Below, one piece after another: positions 40,349 to 53,500 of a stretch of 64,000 nucleotides of DNA (the first letter of the stretch is position 1; each line of letters starts with the position of its first letter). The stretch spans positions 18,476,001 to 18,540,000 of the forward strand of contig CP075492.1 in the NCBI GenBank assembly GCA_021613535.1. The letters are read 5' to 3'. Under the pieces are notes generated by a model, which ran no database searches, was not told the origin of the DNA, and saw only the letters and a program-made list of their open reading frames with translations. Position numbers and translations under genes: made by a program. This DNA is from Adineta vaga. Taxonomy: Eukaryota > Animalia > Rotifera.

Positions 40349-41204
40349 TTATAAATATTAAATTTGAACAATTATTGATATCTATAAACAAGAAACATCA
40401 TTTTATTTCAAACTGTATTACTTGATAAACTTTTGATTTTCATTCAAATCGTCAAAATCAAGATAATTCGATTTCATTACTTAACTGACATATAAGACGC
40501 GCGTTTTCTAATCCATCTAATAAAAAAAAAATTTACTTGAAAGGTTTTATACTGAATGCGAATTCAACAGTATCTTCTTATATAGTACTGAAAACAAATA
40601 TAGCACAAGTATCAAACAGTTAACAATGTATAATACCATCTGAATACAGAATACAACGGAAGATATCTGATGATGATTAAACAGTTCGTTACTTCGTTGC
40701 CCTCGATCAGCTGTCATACATATGTTACATTCTTTCTTTTCTACATTCTTCAGCACTAATTGTCCTCGATCAGCTGATATACATGTGTTAGATCATTTCT
40801 CGTCCTCTTTCCTTTCGACTGCCCTCGATCAACTGATATACATATATCCGATTCTTTCTTTCTATCTTACTTTCTTCAGTATTAATTGTCCTCGATCAGT
40901 TCGTAAACACGCGTTAGAATTTCTTCTTTTCTTTCCATCTTTTAAGTTACAATGCCCACTATCTTGTGAACAACTATTCTTCATATTACCTATTAAAATA
41001 ACTCAAAACAACAAATTATTCAATAACAAATATGTATTCCAAACATCTCTTTCCACACTAATTCCTCGTTCTATATATTTCTATCTATATATACTGTATA
41101 TGTATGCATATTAGAAGTCCGCTTCATACTCATCTTCGCACTTCTTTTTTGAACGGAGACAATTAAACTCACCTCATTCTTCGATATGCGTTTTCCATTT
41201 TGAT

Positions 41205-42172
41205 ATTGAAAGTAAAAATCTGATATCTGCTATCTGATAAAATTTAGAAAACTATCGGTGGTTATACATTGATTTGTATTGAATTTGAATTAGAATTTTC
41301 AAATTTTACATTGAAAGTAAATATCTGATATCTTCTATCTGATACAATTTAGAAAACTATCGGTGGTTAGACATTGATTTGTATTGAATTTGAATTAGAA
41401 TTTTCAAATTTTACATTGAAAGTAAATATCTGATATCTTCTATCTGATACAGTTTAGAAAACTATCGGTGGTTAGACATTGATTTGTATTGAATTTAAAT
41501 TAGAATTTTCAAATTTTACATTGAAAGTAAATATCTGATATCTTCTATCTGATACAGTTTAGAAAACTATCGGTGGTTAGACATTGATTTGTATTGAATT
41601 TGAATTAGAATTTTCAAATTTTACATTGAAAGTAAATATCTGATATCTGCTATCTGATACAGTTTAGAAAACTATCGGTGGTTAGACATTGATTTGTATT
41701 GAATTTAAATTAGAATTTTCAAATTTTACATTGAAAGTAAATATCTGATATCTTCTATCTGATACAGTTTAGAAAACTATCGGTGGTTAGACATTGATTT
41801 GTATTGAATTTGAATTAGAATTTTCAAATTTTACATTGAAAGTAAATATCTGATATCTGCTATCTGATACAATTTAGAAAACTATCGGTGGTTATACATT
41901 GATTTGTATTGAATTTGAATTAGAATTTTCAAATTTTACATTGAAAGTAAATATCTGATATCTTCTATCTGATACAATTTAGAAAACTATCGGTGGTTAG
42001 ACATTGATTTGTATTGAATTTAAATTAGAATTTTCAAATTTTACATTGAAAGTAAATATCTGATATCTTCTATCTGATACAGTTTAGAAAACTATCGGTG
42101 GTTAGACATTGATTTGTATTGAATTTAAATTAGAATTTTCAAATTTTACATTGAAAGTAGATGTCTGATATC
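41205..42172. repeat. 105-bp tandem array, ~9 copies (right subterminal)
   Basis: Unit TTGAAAGTAAATATCTGATATCT(T/G)CTATCTGATACA(A/G)TTTAGAAAACTATCGGTGGTTAGACATTGATTTGTATTGAATTT(G/A)AATTAGAATTTTCAAATTTTACA. Confidence 0.95.
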
Positions 42173-44218
42173 TGTCGTAAAAGTAAGATATCAGTGGAAA
42201 GTGTTTTGCTAGAAATTGGAACCAATTTGAGATTTGTCATGACCTCATAACCTCCAACCACTGTTACTTTTTCACAAGGATAGCTCTTCGCATCATACGT
42301 AACTCCAGCACCTAAAACTGAATCGTACGTAATCCAATCGCACTGAGAACTAGAACAGCGAGGAAGAAGACAAAATATTTCTATATGAACATATTATGTG
42401 TATTTTTCATAGATACATACTTTAGTTTTGCTATAGTACGTGATTCTGGAAAAAACTCTTCCAAACCTCTAAGTAATTCATCAGCAGTTATTTTTCTTGA
42501 ATAGACTATCATTGGAATAAATATAGTTAAGATTAAAACCACTTGCATAAGATTCATCTTTGCTGTTTTAATATTCTTGATTTCGATGTGCTAAATAGAA
42601 AACAATAATTGATTTATGTACCAATTACTTCCGATTCTTTTTTTTTCTGAGGAAACTACATAAAAGTTTGAATCTGCAGACCAATTCTTTTGACACTCAC
42701 AGCTCAAAATCGAGTTGTTTAACAAAAGAAGTGTGAAATATGCACGCTTAACTTATCTAACTAGAATAATATAACTTACATTGACAACAAATTTATTATT
42801 GATCGTTGTGTTAATATTTTTTCAGTGTTGTTATTACGATTTGACTGTCATTTATATACATTTTGTTTATCGGTATCCTCTGTTTTTCAGTCCGCTCAAG
42901 CATAACCAAATAGTCACCTTTAAGTTTTAGTTGTAACCATTTTTTTACTTGGATATGCTCCCAGTCATCAATCTCTCTCTCTCTCTTTCTATCGTTTAAG
43001 GTCTCTTGAATGAAAAAGGGCAACTATTTTGTAGGTAAAGTAACAAAACTTTATTTAGATATTATCGAGTACAAAACTATTACGAAGAATGTAGTAGATT
43101 TTTAACAAAAAATGAATGTTTTATTCTAAATAAAAACTCTTGTATTCTTTGTACCAATTTCAACGTTAATAATATCGAAAAGCAAAGATGACAATAGTGA
43201 CCATTGTTGACAAAAGAATCCAGTATACAAAAGAGAAATTGATTGAGTAATCTTTATACATATTTCATAGTAAATTATCCTAATGGTAGACATACTTTTC
43301 TCATATAGATTATTTGCTTTAACCTAATGAATAAATTACGAAGATTTTTTGAATTTGAAAAGTAAATCAAAGAAAATCTGAATGTTTATAGACAGTCAAT
43401 TACCAGAGTGAACAAAAACAGGACAATAAAAATAGATTTTCAAAGCATTGTAAAAATATATGAATAATAAACGAAAACAAGTTTAGCAGATAATTTAATA
43501 ACATGACAGTGAATATGTGTGTACATTTACAATCATCTTTTTCTTTTCTTATCCAATTTTAATGAAACAAATACCAATATGTTGATGAAAGCTATGCATA
43601 CACGTGTGTTATATTTTACTTGTCAGTAGAATATTTGCTCCTTGTTTATCCTTATTATCAATTGGATTGATTATAACGATTTTGTATACGTACGTCATAG
43701 AAGAAAGAAAGAATGAGAATGTACATTGATGTTGATTATATAAATGCAAAAAAGATTTTATTTTTATTTATGACTGGATGTCTAAAATATCGACGCATAC
43801 AGGTGTCCTAACATGTTATTCTTGATGTCGAAACATAATGTTTAAATATTACAGTCATGATTTCTCATATGTAGATATGCAATGAAATGAATCAGCATCT
43901 TTTCGTATTTGGATTTTAACTGATCTGAGAAAAAGCTTATTTAATTAGAAGAAAAATAGATGCAGCAAAAATGAATTTGTAGATTAAAAGAAAATATAAT
44001 ATTATAATAATAGATATTTCATTTTCCAATGCCATCATCTTGGTTATATTGTTTAGTTTATTCTCTATTATATTAATTGATTTTTTCTAATCTATATATT
44101 CAATTACTAAATAAATGACATTTCATTTTTACTGCATCAATTTTTCGTGTTTGTTTCCTTGCAAAATCAGAATGAAGAGAAAACATAGTATCTGCAAAGA
44201 AAGTTTTTATGTACATAT

Positions 44219-44430
44219 ACTCAGATCGATCAATCCGATACTCGGATCCGATCGGATCCCATGCCGAATTTTATCGGAATCCAATGCTCCGACAATATCC
44301 TATCGGATTTCTGGTGACGGAATCACTTCGGGTTCTGTCGGTTGCAGATCCTATCGGATCCAACATAGGATCCTATAGTTCCCAAAAAACGGATTTCGAC
44401 AGGATCCGACAAGTGGCCATAAGACCGTAA
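44219..44430. mobile_element. Degenerate GGATCC/ATCGGA-rich MITE fragment related to 3572-3886
   Basis: CGGATCCGATCGGA and similar motifs shared with the MITE in the Harbinger. Confidence 0.5.
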
Positions 44431-44456
44431 TAAAATATAGCTGAAAGGAACGCATC

Positions 44457-44523
44457 TTGAGGGTGTGGGTGTGTGCGTATTTCATTCATATTCCACCCAA
44501 ACCCGCCCACACCCACACCCTAA
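44457..44523. repeat. Head-to-head telomere-like cassette
   Basis: TTGAGGGTGTGGGTGTG-spacer-CCCACACCCACACCCTAA. Confidence 0.7.
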
Positions 44524-44604
44524 AATGAGATAAATGAAAGAGGAGAGCGGAAATATAACACTATGTTCACGATATGATTGATTATGAAATAGGTAATGAA
44601 AAAT

Positions 44605-44635
<31 letters not shown>

Positions 44636-44896
44636 CTTCCTCTTTTTATTATATTTATTATTGTATTTTGAAAAATAGGCTAGAATTATACTACGAATAG
44701 AAGACTTTAATCTCTTGCGTAAGAAATATTTCAATTTTTTCGAAAAAAAAGTAAAGCAAATGTTTTTCGATTTCAATTAAAGTCTCCTGGGTATTCTCCT
44801 GGATTCAAAAAAGAATCTCCTGGTCAATTCCTGGTTTTTCTATTAGGAATTCCTGGTTTCGCAAATTTTGATTTGGCAGCCCTGACCCACACCCTC

Positions 44897-45658
44897 AATT
44901 GGGCGCGGCATAACTTTCGTAAAGAAGACACCTTGAGAATTCTATTCTCAGATGAGAAAATGTTTGATATTGATGGTATCTACAGTGCTCAGAACGACAG
45001 AATATGGGCAGTAGATCGCGAAGATAGTGATAAAAAAGGTAGTATCAAACAGAAAAGAAAGTTTCCACAGAAAGTAATGGTATGGTTGGGAGTATGCTCT
45101 GAAGGGTTGACACCATTGATCATTCTGGAGGGAGGCACAGTGGACCATCAAAGGTACATTGATGAAGTATTGCCGGTGGCTTTAGAATATGGAAACAAGA
45201 CTTTTGGCGACAAATGGACCTTTCAACAAGATGGTGCAAAGCCTCATACACATGCTACAACTCAAAAATGGTACCACAACCATTTTTCGTTTTTTATCGA
45301 CAAAGATCATTGGCCCCCAAACTCACCCGATCTCAATCCTCTCGATTACTCAATCTGGGATGAGTTTGGTCAACAAATCAACTGGACCAATGTCAAATCA
45401 AAAGAGATTCTGATTGATGAATTAAAGCGTGCTGTTAAGCGAATACGAGATTCTGTTGTGGCGGAAAGTTGCAAAAGTTGGACCAGTCGTTTGTACCGTC
45501 TTTCGAAGAATAACGGAAGTTATTTACAATAAATGTTAGATAGAGTTTTGTAGACCTTCAAAAGACGAATCTTTCAAAAAAAATCAAGTCTCTATCATGA
45601 AAAATAAACGAGCTACATGAAAAATACTGAGTGGCCATTCTTTATGGTACACCCGTTA
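44897..45658 (+). mobile_element. 5'-truncated Tc1/mariner element, DD37D (maT-like) transposase
   Basis: ILFSDEK; FQQDGA...WPPNSPDLNPLD with 37 residues between the last two Asp; 3' end GGCCATTCTTTATGGTACACCCGT|TA; a related end is at ~29845-29905; 5' end replaced by ACCCACACCCTCAA. Confidence 0.85.
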
Positions 45659-46053
45659 GTTTGGCAGCGTGAGAGCGATCACAGAGAAATCTGAAAAGAT
45701 TTCTTTGATTAGAAACCGCCTCCAAAGCGCAGTGCGGCTGTATGTGTGTGTGTGCATTTCTTTTTCATCCACACCCTCACCCCCAAGAAAATGATTTTTT
45801 CCATGTAGATATTAAAGAAATTCTTTGAAAAAGTGGGTATTTTTTATTCTTTTTAAAAATCATAAAATGAGTCTCCTATCTTTATAATCTGTATTATCAC
45901 ATTGATAGTTAAAATGGAGATGATACTTCATTTTACATTGATTAAAGTCAAGTTTGTATATGAATTAATCATTGTTTCTCTCACACCAAAGATATCTATT
46001 GGTACAATATGATTAAATTTCTGTCATATATGTTATTTGGGATTTTCTATCTA

Positions 46054-46540
46054 GGAAACATTACTTAATTGAGCTGATATTTGAGCATATAGGGTAGTAT
46101 AGGCTAGAATATCATCTAGAGGATTTTGATGGAGTCGAATTATGAATTAGAATATCCTAGAATTTTTAGCGTAAAATAATGTATCCTCGTTGAGATATTG
46201 AATTTTCAAATAAATCGTCATTCTGCGTTCCGTGTTGAAAAAACAAATATTTCTTTCTAATTCAATATCTCAACGAGCATACATTATTTTACGCTGAAAA
46301 TTCTTGGATATTCTAATGATGATTAGGCCTACTAATGGGAGAAATTTCAGCTCTAAATTCCTCTCTTTCACTTTTTGCTCTACATCACAAAAACTGTGAA
46401 AAAATCAGCAAAAAACCACATAATTCGACTCCAGAGGCCTATCGGCCCAAATCCTTCTAGGATTATTCTAGCCTTACTGGCCCCTACATATGGCCAAAAT
46501 ATCAGCTCAAAAGCCGTTGGACAGTTGGGACTGTTTCCTC
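46054..46540. mobile_element. Degenerate MITE with nested inverted repeats
   Basis: TTGAGCTGATATTT...AGGCTAGAATA vs TATTCTAGCCT...AAATATCAGCTCAA; inner inverted pair ~46151-46205 / 46259-46313. Confidence 0.6.
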
Positions 46541-46979
46541 GTAAGTAAAAAATCATTTTTGATTTTATTACGTATTGTAAATGTATAGGTCATCAAATAT
46601 GTGTGTGTTTCATTGCGAAATATATGTAGAAGAAATCGAAATAAAATATTTAGTAAATCCAATATTCAAATAATATCGATGAATCTTCTAGATTGTCCTT
46701 TTACATAGAAAAGTGTATGGACCATCATAAGATTCCGCCAATGATGGATCAGTAAATTTCAACAGATGTACATCATTGATCAAAGGTAAGTCCATCATCT
46801 TTCGGATCATCAAAACATTGTGCATGTCGAAAATGAAATTGTAAACAAAGGATGAACAGAATGCTGAGAAAAACAGTAAACTAAATGTGAGGGAATAGTT
46901 GAATTCAAATTTTAAGGTTGATATATTAAGGAATTTAAAACAATTTTAAATCCAATAAAAAAAGACTTCAATGAAGCTT

Positions 46980-48202
46980 TTAAACAGTTGGATAACTAGC
47001 CAATGTAGCAATTCCACATTGGTTTTTCTTGTTACGACTCATCCAGATATAACCTTTAATACCCCATGAGGTACCCCATGAATTTTTCACAATATAATAA
47101 TCATGTCCGCTTTTACTACCATAACCAACAGCTAAAACACCATGATCAAGTTGTTCTGGTGAACATTGTTTTTCATTGTAAACACCTGATTTATAGAGTT
47201 GAAATGATGTTTGTGAAGCATCGATAGCAACTGAAACTGGACCAACTGTGGCAATTGCATCTTGTAAATCATCTTCACTGTATTGTTTAACGTCTTTACA
47301 TCCCTATGAAAAGAAAAAACAAAATTATTCTTATCTAAGCTAGAAGAAAAATAAAATACTTACAGTATCTGTGGCACCAACGTTTTTAGTATTGAATCGG
47401 CATGTATCATCACGAGCTTCATATGGATAGCTAGTTTCGGTATCAATACCATTATTTTCTTTGATGTATTTGAAGGCATTGTCCATTAAACCACCATCAC
47501 ATCCATAATTACCATAATCAGTTGAACAATCAACTAAATTTTGTTCAGAAAGTGAAACAAGTTGTTGTGTTTTAGCGAAGTGTTGTCCTTCAAGTGCACC
47601 AGTTGTTGAAAAAGCCCAACATGAACCACATTGACCTTGATCTTTTATTGGTGTTACGTAGCCTTTTGTACGCCAATCTATTTCATTTCAAAAGCAAATT
47701 TATACAAATCATATCAATTTTTTTCAAAACATACCAACAGTAGTTGGTCTTTTGAAGTTGGTTGGAGCAACATATTGATCACAAGTACCAGAAAAGCTAA
47801 CATTTGAACTACGTTTAAGACCATTCATTTGTTTAACGAATTCTTTGTTAGTCTACAACTGCTAATATAAAAAGATTTGATAAGAATTTAATAAAAACAT
47901 ACCATATCACCATATTTATTCATTCCTAATGTATAAGTATGTAAACCAATATCGGCTTCAAGATTGTGTTTTCTAATAAGAGCAATATGATCTTCCCAAA
48001 TTGATCGACTAAAAATAAAAATGCAGTTACTAAAAATAATGACGAAAAGATTCTCTTACCGTGTTATTTCTTCTGCATTTGATGCATATTGTTTTTCATA
48101 GGTGCGTTTGAATAAGCTCCATGTTGAATCTAATGTTGTATCAAATGTTGGTATGGAGTAGACATAGGCGAAAAGACAGCAGAGAGCAATGAAAGCTTTC
48201 AT
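46980..48202 (-). CDS. CTSL: Cathepsin L-like papain-family cysteine protease, 5 exons (not in the ORF track)
   Basis: Signal [16 protein letters not shown]; ERFNIN/GNFD-type propeptide (IWEDH...HNLE...LGMNKYGDM); [24 protein letters not shown]; [11 protein letters not shown]; IVKNSWG; [12 protein letters not shown]. Confidence 0.95.
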
Positions 48203-49081
48203 TGTAAATATTCAACTTTTTTTATCGAAGGACAACAATGAAAAATACTGAATTTTACACTGGTATATATATATATATATGTGATAGTTATTTTTTGTTA
48301 TGTCAGTGTTTTTTAAAGATAATAAAAACCTAAAAAAACCTATGCTATTATCGATATTCTTTTCTTTTTCGTTATAAAAATATGACAATGCAAAGAATAA
48401 CATACGTAGTCATGTTTAGTGTTTGTTTCTAATTCAAATGACAAGGATTTTTTTTTGCCAGTTCATTTTAAATATCATCTGTTATTTTTTCTGTTTAGTT
48501 TTTGTAGCAGATTTAGAACCGAATCCACAGACCGATTTCAGACAGCGATAGATAATTTGGTATTGAGTAATATCGATATATCACTTTATGGATCTCATAT
48601 ATCTTATCTATTAAAATGAAGAAAATCATTTCAAATTGAAAATGCTTGTGCTTTATCTTCTTTTTTCTTTTCATCATAGTAGATATTTATATTTACAGCT
48701 TGTTCTCTTAGTCCATATTGAAGTGACAATCATTCAAGTTAACAAAATTGAGAAAATGTTGAATGTTGTAATAGGCATATCAATTCATTATTGAACATTA
48801 AAATTAGGGAATATTTAATTACAATATTTACAAATGTGATCTATAAATATATTCAGTATCACTGTTGCACTCAAGATGGTGAAACATTAGTGGTCCGATA
48901 ACCCCGATTGACAATATTTTCATGTGTCTTTCGTCATTGTTCAAAAATTATAAAGACATAAATGCGGATAACATTATCTTTTTTAAGCTTATACATGATT
49001 CTTCTATGGAATTGTAGATGACAATGAAGAAAGTACACTCACATCGATTACTCATGAAATTTCGAGATAAATCTTATGTTA

Positions 49082-50239
49082 TTAGGTTGGTAAGAAATTT
49101 TTTGCGTTTTTTTTTGAAAATTTTCTTTTTATTTTTTAAGTTAAAAAATACAACTAACTTTCAACGATATATGCTCCATTATTGTCTATGACCTGTCGCC
49201 AACGCTGTGGTAAAGAAAGGATCCCATGTTCGTAGAACTCCTGGGACTTTTGGCGAAAATAGTTGAGCAGATCCATTTTTAGGTCATTCACGTCGTCGAA
49301 TTTTTTTTCGCGTAAATCATTCGAAAGAGAACGAAACAAATGGTAGTCTGCTGGAGCCAAGTCAGGAGAATAAGGTGGATGAGGAACCGTAATTCAGCCA
49401 AGCTTCAATAATTTTTCACGGGTCGACTTTGCAATGTGTGGTCTTGCGTTATCATGTAACCATTTGGTAGAATTTCCCAATGAATAACTCCTTTAATACT
49501 CCACCAGACACTCAGCATCAACTTCTTAGGATGTGGATCAGTCTTCGGTGTTGCTACGCCTGTTTGACCAGTGCTCAACCACTGACGTCCACGCGTGTAA
49601 TTAACATACAACACCCACTTCTCATCGCCAGTAATCAGATTGGATAACCATTGATAGTTGCGATGAGATGTGATTAAATCCATACATGTATCAACTCTCT
49701 GTTGCAGTTGATGTGACGATAATTCATGAGGTATCCATACTCCATATTTCCAAGTCTTGCCTAATTCTTTCAGATGTTTTTCCACCGTAGTATGAGAACA
49801 CCCAAGCTGCTCTGCTAAACACCGTAAAGTCGATCGAGGATCTTGTTCGATAAGCTGCTTTAGAAAATCCACATCCAGTTCCATTGGTCGACCGGATCGA
49901 GGTACATCGTCGAGTTCTAAATCCCGATTCTCGAAATGATTGAACCAACGTTGCGCGGTACGAGTGGAGACTAGACCCTGACCCATCGTACCGCATATGT
50001 TGTTGGCTGCTTCCGTTGCTTTGTGACCCAAACGAAATTCATGAAGTAAAAGCACCCGAATCTCTCTATGAGAAAGATTTATTTCTGATTCGACATCAAC
50101 GTCCATATCGATGATTTTTTTATCATTCGAAAGACATTCATGTCCTATATATATACCCTTAGTATGGAAACTTCTAGAACTTTCTAGGTTATTCTACAAG
50201 ATGTTAGAAAAAAACGACAGAACTTTGTTGACAACCCAA
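49082..50239 (-). mobile_element. mariner (DD34D) element with defective transposase
   Basis: TA-flanked imperfect TIRs (TTAGGTTGG / TTGGGTTGT); WIPHEL, ITGDEKW, HDNARPH, YSPDLAPADY. Internal deletion/frameshift near 49460 and a TGA near 49394. Confidence 0.9.
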
Positions 50240-50572
50240 TATTTTTGCTTTGTCATCAAAGACAGAAAGAAAATATTGTGACTTGTCGTATTTTTCAAAT
50301 AAATGTATTTATATTTATTTTAACTTCGAAGCAGATACAAGAATATAGATAGAATTGTAAATCTGGATTACATGTGTTAGAAATGACAAAGAAAAGGATA
50401 TGAGTGTAGATGCAGAAGGAGAGAAATCAATTGAGGGTGCGATATTGCAATAAATATAAAGTTCTGTAAAAGAATTGTTGTATAGTTGTATGGTTAATAG
50501 TAAATGAATAGTTGAAGAAGTAACAGATAATGTCATTTGAAACTTGAATTCAAATTTGACACTACTGTTCAA

Positions 50573-53500
50573 TTATGATCGAAAAGAAAGTCTAATTTGT
50601 TTAAGTGATTTCTTAAATTCTTTCATATACAATCGAGATGGTAAAACAAATATAACAAATGTAAGTAATGGTGGAATAAATGAAATAAAATAACCCGATA
50701 GAGGTAACCAAATATTACGAGTTGAATTCATACAATCGGACATAAATGAAAAAATCAAACGTGGTAATGTTAATAGAACTAAAACAATTGGTGCAATGAG
50801 TAGATTTTTATGTTCTCGAAATTGTTCTTGTAAAATTTGTTGATAAGTTAAACGACATTGTGTTTTTCTTCGTCGTTTACTTGTAGCTATAATAATAATG
50901 AAAGCTGAAAGTAAATTCAGTAAAAATGGAACAAAAAAATGAATTAAATGAAATATCGAATCAAATATTTGAAATTGTGATGAATACTTAACAATACACC
51001 AAATACGTTTTTCTACTTCGATATCTTGATGATTATTATCGTATAATAAACGTCGATGAATTGGATCATGAATTGTTGTAACTATCGTCCAAAATAGAAA
51101 CATAATTATAATATATTTTGCCATTTGTTTACTTTTTTTCTTATTAAACATAACACCTTGAAATGCTGTAAAAGCTCTTTCAGAAGCTACACATGCATTT
51201 AAATATTGATCCATACAAAGACTCGTTCGAAGTAAAAAATCAAGTGTATAACATTGAACTTTCAAGAATAAATCATTCGTCATATAATTCATTTGTGTAA
51301 TTAACAAAATAATAAATTTCAAGATAAATACAACCATTGTAAATAACGATGCTACTGATGATCCCATCAAATAAAGACCACAACCAGTTTGTTGTAATTC
51401 TTGATTTTTAAAAGTTAGAAATGAAATAATACTATTAATTATACCTAAAATTGATATTATAATTGTTAATGTTAAACTCATTTTAATAATAAATAATTGA
51501 TCGATTAAGCTCACATTTGGTTGAATATAATAACCGAGAATTGCATCAAGTGAAAGACCAAATGAATGTGAACTAAATTGACATAATGTTCCATGAAAAC
51601 ATTTTGGACAAACACAAATCGATTCTTTAGGACATTTTGGATCATTTTGAATACATTCTCCATTATTTTCACAATCACTTAATCCATAACATGTTTGACT
51701 TGTTTTACTATTGAAATTAAAACAATTACTTAATCTTTGATGATTAAAATCATAACATAAACAAAAATAATCATCATCATAGAAACAATTAAGATCCGGT
51801 GCATATTTTTCACATGGAATTTGATAATATTTTACACGACGAAATTGATGATAGGAAAGAATTGTTTCATTTAGAACTTCACTAACATGTTTACAACGAT
51901 ATGATGGTAAAATTGTTTGATTATATTTTTTTATATTCCACATATTTCTATTTTGAACGAGAATTAAATAATAATTTTTCAATAGTTGAGCTATTGCAAT
52001 ATTAAAACGTGTTGTCCAATAAATAATAATTTCTTTTTGATAAAAAGTTATTCGTTGTACATCAGAACTTTGAGTTACTAAATGAGTATTCTGATCTACA
52101 TCATGAATAAAATGAATAATAATCGATTGTGGTAAATGAATCTCTTTATGAAATGTTAAATTTATAAACGGAACAACATCTTCACAGTTTGTACCACTAA
52201 ATCCTCTTCGACAAACACAAATATAACTTTGACTTAATATGAACTGTTTATTATCAGGTATACATTGACCTCCATTTTTACATATTGAATTTTCATCCGA
52301 TTGTTGACATGTATTACTCCACAGTAGACATCGAGAACCCCACCTATTTATTGGACAAACACATACGGATTGATTATTAACTGCTACACCAATCGATAAT
52401 GAATGAGATGAACATTGAGAAGTATAACGAATTGTACAAGATTTTCCATACCATCCGTCATAACATTGACAAAATGTTGAACCTTGTCGATCATTTATAT
52501 AATTAATACATTGTCCATGATGACAGGATTGATTGGAGCATGTTTTCGTTGTATGATTTCGACGTGGAATAATCAATTGAGTAGCAATACGATTAACAGG
52601 TAAGAAGGAAAACTTAATCGGAATGAAGAAACTTCCTCGATATGTTAGACCGATCTTTTCATAAACATCGATATGTATTGAATAGTTTTTCGAAAATAAA
52701 AATGAAGATATTGGGTGTAAAAGATAAATATTATATTTCATTGAACAATCTCTTTGATAGAAATACGTATATTGTTCATAAGAATAAATAATACGTTGAT
52801 CATTATCATTATCAATTAATATAACAACAAATGTAAATAAAGTTCGACGAGAATCAGAATGAACTTGAAATTTTAAAGTTAAACTAATACGTTGTCGATC
52901 ATATTGACATGCTTCACCATAATAACTCGGTGGACAAAGACATGCTTTACTTGATCGATTCTTTTCACTATCCAACCAAACATGTATAGGAAGTCCACGA
53001 TAACAACGTTGTTCCTCTTTAGAATAACTCCAACAGAGGGGAAAACGTTCTTTTGATTTTGTCACTTCGATTTGTTTGATTGATTTTTTCTTCGGAAATT
53101 CCATATGATTAAGTTTGAAATATGCCATCGTATTTGTAAACTCATTCCAAAATCGGTCACAGAAAAATGTGTGTGCTTCGGTACGATTTAAAGAATATTC
53201 GTATGAACAAATATCATTCGATTTAGTAAGATTTCGAAATGAAGAACAAAGTTGTTCGTCTTCTTCATTCATACATCGATTATTCTCTGAACATAACCGA
53301 CTCGAATCTATACAAGTATGATTCATATTATTTATACAGTAAAAGTTTCCCGTAGATAATAGTTGAGTTGATCGACATAATTTCGGTTCATCAGTTGCAC
53401 CAACACAATCAATTCGACCATCACCTGCTTGTTCCAATGGTAAACATATTAATTTATACGTTTTTGGTGAAACACATTGATGAGAATTAAATGGACATTT

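Larger units (their letters stand above)
32431..42246 (-). mobile_element. Kyakuja-Dileera-Zisupton (KDZ)-type DNA transposon, ~9.8 kb, two genes
   Basis: Direct repeat ATAACCTC (32423-32430, 42247-42254; extendable by CAA); ~30-bp imperfect TIRs with core ATGACAAAT(A/C)TCAAATTGGT(A/T)CCA; subterminal arrays; KDZ transposase. Confidence 0.9.
32210..42557 (-). pseudogene. Small secreted Cys-containing protein gene interrupted by the KDZ element (exon 1 42557-42421; exon 2 42349-42247 continuing at 32422-32210)
   Basis: MNLMQVVLILTIFIPMIVYS signal peptide; ...YPCEKVTVVGGY|CILPWSQAVTLCNSDRKCGGF... reads in frame across the reconstructed empty site. Confidence 0.8.

Noticed and set aside
41205-42172. 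CRISPR-like appearance of the 105-bp and 48-bp arrays
   Set aside because: Units are near-identical end to end with no unique spacers, there are no cas genes, and the context is eukaryotic.
46700-46850. Coding-like stretch downstream of cathepsin L
   Set aside because: Multiple in-frame stops and no recognisable family.
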